A DNA stretch of 64,000 bases from Eledone cirrhosa (taxonomy: Eukaryota). Position numbers and translations under genes: made by a program. The stretch is from the NCBI GenBank assembly GCA_964016885.1, contig OZ024745.1, forward strand, positions 131,006,001 to 131,070,000, given 5' to 3'. The notes below the pieces were generated by a model that saw only the letters and a list, made by a program, of their open reading frames with translations, was not told the origin of the DNA and did no database searches. How positions within the stretch are numbered: position 1 is the first letter of the stretch; each line of letters begins with the position of its first letter. Positions 62,562 to 64,000 of the stretch are shown here, in pieces.

Positions 62562-62742
62562 CTGTATTTCCTGGGATCAAAGACGCTACTTTTTTCCTAA
62601 GATAAGTCTCAAAAATCTATTAAGTATCTTAGCGGCCGAAGGTTGCATTCTTATGTTTATTATCTTTTTTTATCAAAATTTTGGTTGTCAAAATTAGGGT
62701 GTATCCTCGAGGGTGAAGCATCTTCGGCACCAGGAAATACAG
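62562..62742. mobile_element. Tc1/pogo-type MITE (same family as 5672-6064)
   Basis: TA-CTGTATTTCCTGG...CCAGGAAATACAG-TA; internal sequence matches the 5672 copy. Confidence 0.8.
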
Positions 62743-62884
62743 TATATACTTTTATAGAATAATAATTCTTTCTAAATAAGGATAGGATGGAACAAGTTCA
62801 GAGAGCTACTCCCACTGTTGACCACAAAAGGTTTCTCCCTACGTACAAAAGGATGACTGTGTGACGTCTGTGTGTGACGTGCAA

Positions 62885-63870
62885 TGCTGTATGATAGTGA
62901 AACATGGACTGACTACAGAGGACATGTGGTCCTACGTGGTAGTGAAACATGGACTGACTACAGAGGACATGTGGTCCTACGTGGTAGTGAAACATGGGCT
63001 GACTACAGAGGACATGTGGTGCTATGTGGTAGTGAAACATGGGCTGACTAGAGAGGACATGTGGTCCTACATGGTAGTGAAACATGGACTGACTACAGAG
63101 GACATGTGGTCCTACGTGGTAGTGAAACATGGACTGACTACAGAGGACATGTGGTCCTACGTGGTAGTGAAACATGGACTGACTACAGAGGACATGTGGT
63201 CCTACGTGGTAGTGAAACATGGGCTGACTACAGAGGACATGTGGTGCTACGTGGTAGTGAAACATGGGCTGACTACAGAGGACATGTGGTGCTACGTGGT
63301 AGTGAAACATGGGCTGACTACAGAGGACATGTGGTGCTACGTGGTAGTGAAACATGGGCTGACTACAGAGGACATGTGGTGCTACGTGGTAGTGAAACAT
63401 GGGCTGACTACAGAGGACATGTGGTGCTACGTGGTAGTGAAACATGGGCTGACTACAGAGGACATGTGGTGCTACGTGGTAGTGAAACATAGGCTGACTA
63501 CAGAGGACATGTGGTGCTACGTGGTAGTGAAACATGGGCTGACTACAGAGGACATGTGGTGCTACGTGGTAGTGAAACATGGGCTGACTACAGAGGACAT
63601 GTGATGCTACGTGGTAGTGAAACATGGGCTGACTACAGAGGACATGTGATGCTACGTGGTAGTGAAACATGGGCTGACTACAGAGGACATGTGGTGCTAC
63701 GTGGTAGTGAAACATGGGCTGACTACAGAGGACATGTGATGCTACGTGGTAGTGAAACATGGGCTGACTACAGAGGACATGTGGTGCTACGTGGTAGTGA
63801 AACATGGGCTGACTACAGAGGACATGTGGTGCTATGTGGTAGTGAAACATGGGCTGACTACAGAGGACGT
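62885..63870 (+). repeat. 45-bp minisatellite (~22 copies) derived from RTE coding sequence
   Basis: Unit GTGGTAGTGAAACATGGGCTGACTACAGAGGACATGTGGTGCTAC. Flanks continue as RTE (KGFSL upstream; HRLERNEATMLCWMCNV downstream). Confidence 0.92.
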
Positions 63871-64000
63871 GCATAGATTGGAGAGGAATGAAGCAACCAT
63901 GCTCTGTTGGATGTGCAATGTATGTGTGAGAGAGAGGCAGAGCTTGGATGAGTTGAATGAGAAGCTAGGTTTAACCCTTTAATGTTCAAACCAACCAAAA

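Noticed and set aside
62798-63876. Regular 45-bp array resembling a CRISPR array or repeat protein
   Set aside because: No unique spacers and eukaryotic context; the unit derives from RTE coding sequence.

Overview
AT-rich, microsatellite-dense eukaryotic (animal) DNA. The SINE/LINE content suggests a coleoid cephalopod such as Octopus (inference). One protein-coding gene is supported: B4GALT7 (xylosylprotein beta-1,4-galactosyltransferase) on the minus strand, with 5 coding exons (62426-62098, 59992-59767, 58142-58059, 44305-44201, 40195-40010; 309 aa) and canonical GT-AG junctions in consistent phase. Its long intron carries an apparently intact antisense RTE-clade LINE (1042-codon APE+RT ORF) with a C4HC3 PHD finger embedded inside the RT domain. 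The rest is mostly repeats: Penelope-like and Tx1-like fragments, piggyBac and Tc1/pogo derivatives, three tRNA-derived SINE families, LINE-derived minisatellites, and a ~12 kb (TAGG)n array split by a gap with a probable false duplication. The most notable unannotated signal is about ten sequence-diverse minimal type I hammerhead ribozyme motifs (CUGANGA...GAAA, palindromic stem III, UH). Several sit in fold-back elements next to (TA)n tracts, and one is in sense orientation inside a B4GALT7 intron. Almost all other ORFs in the track are microsatellite artefacts.
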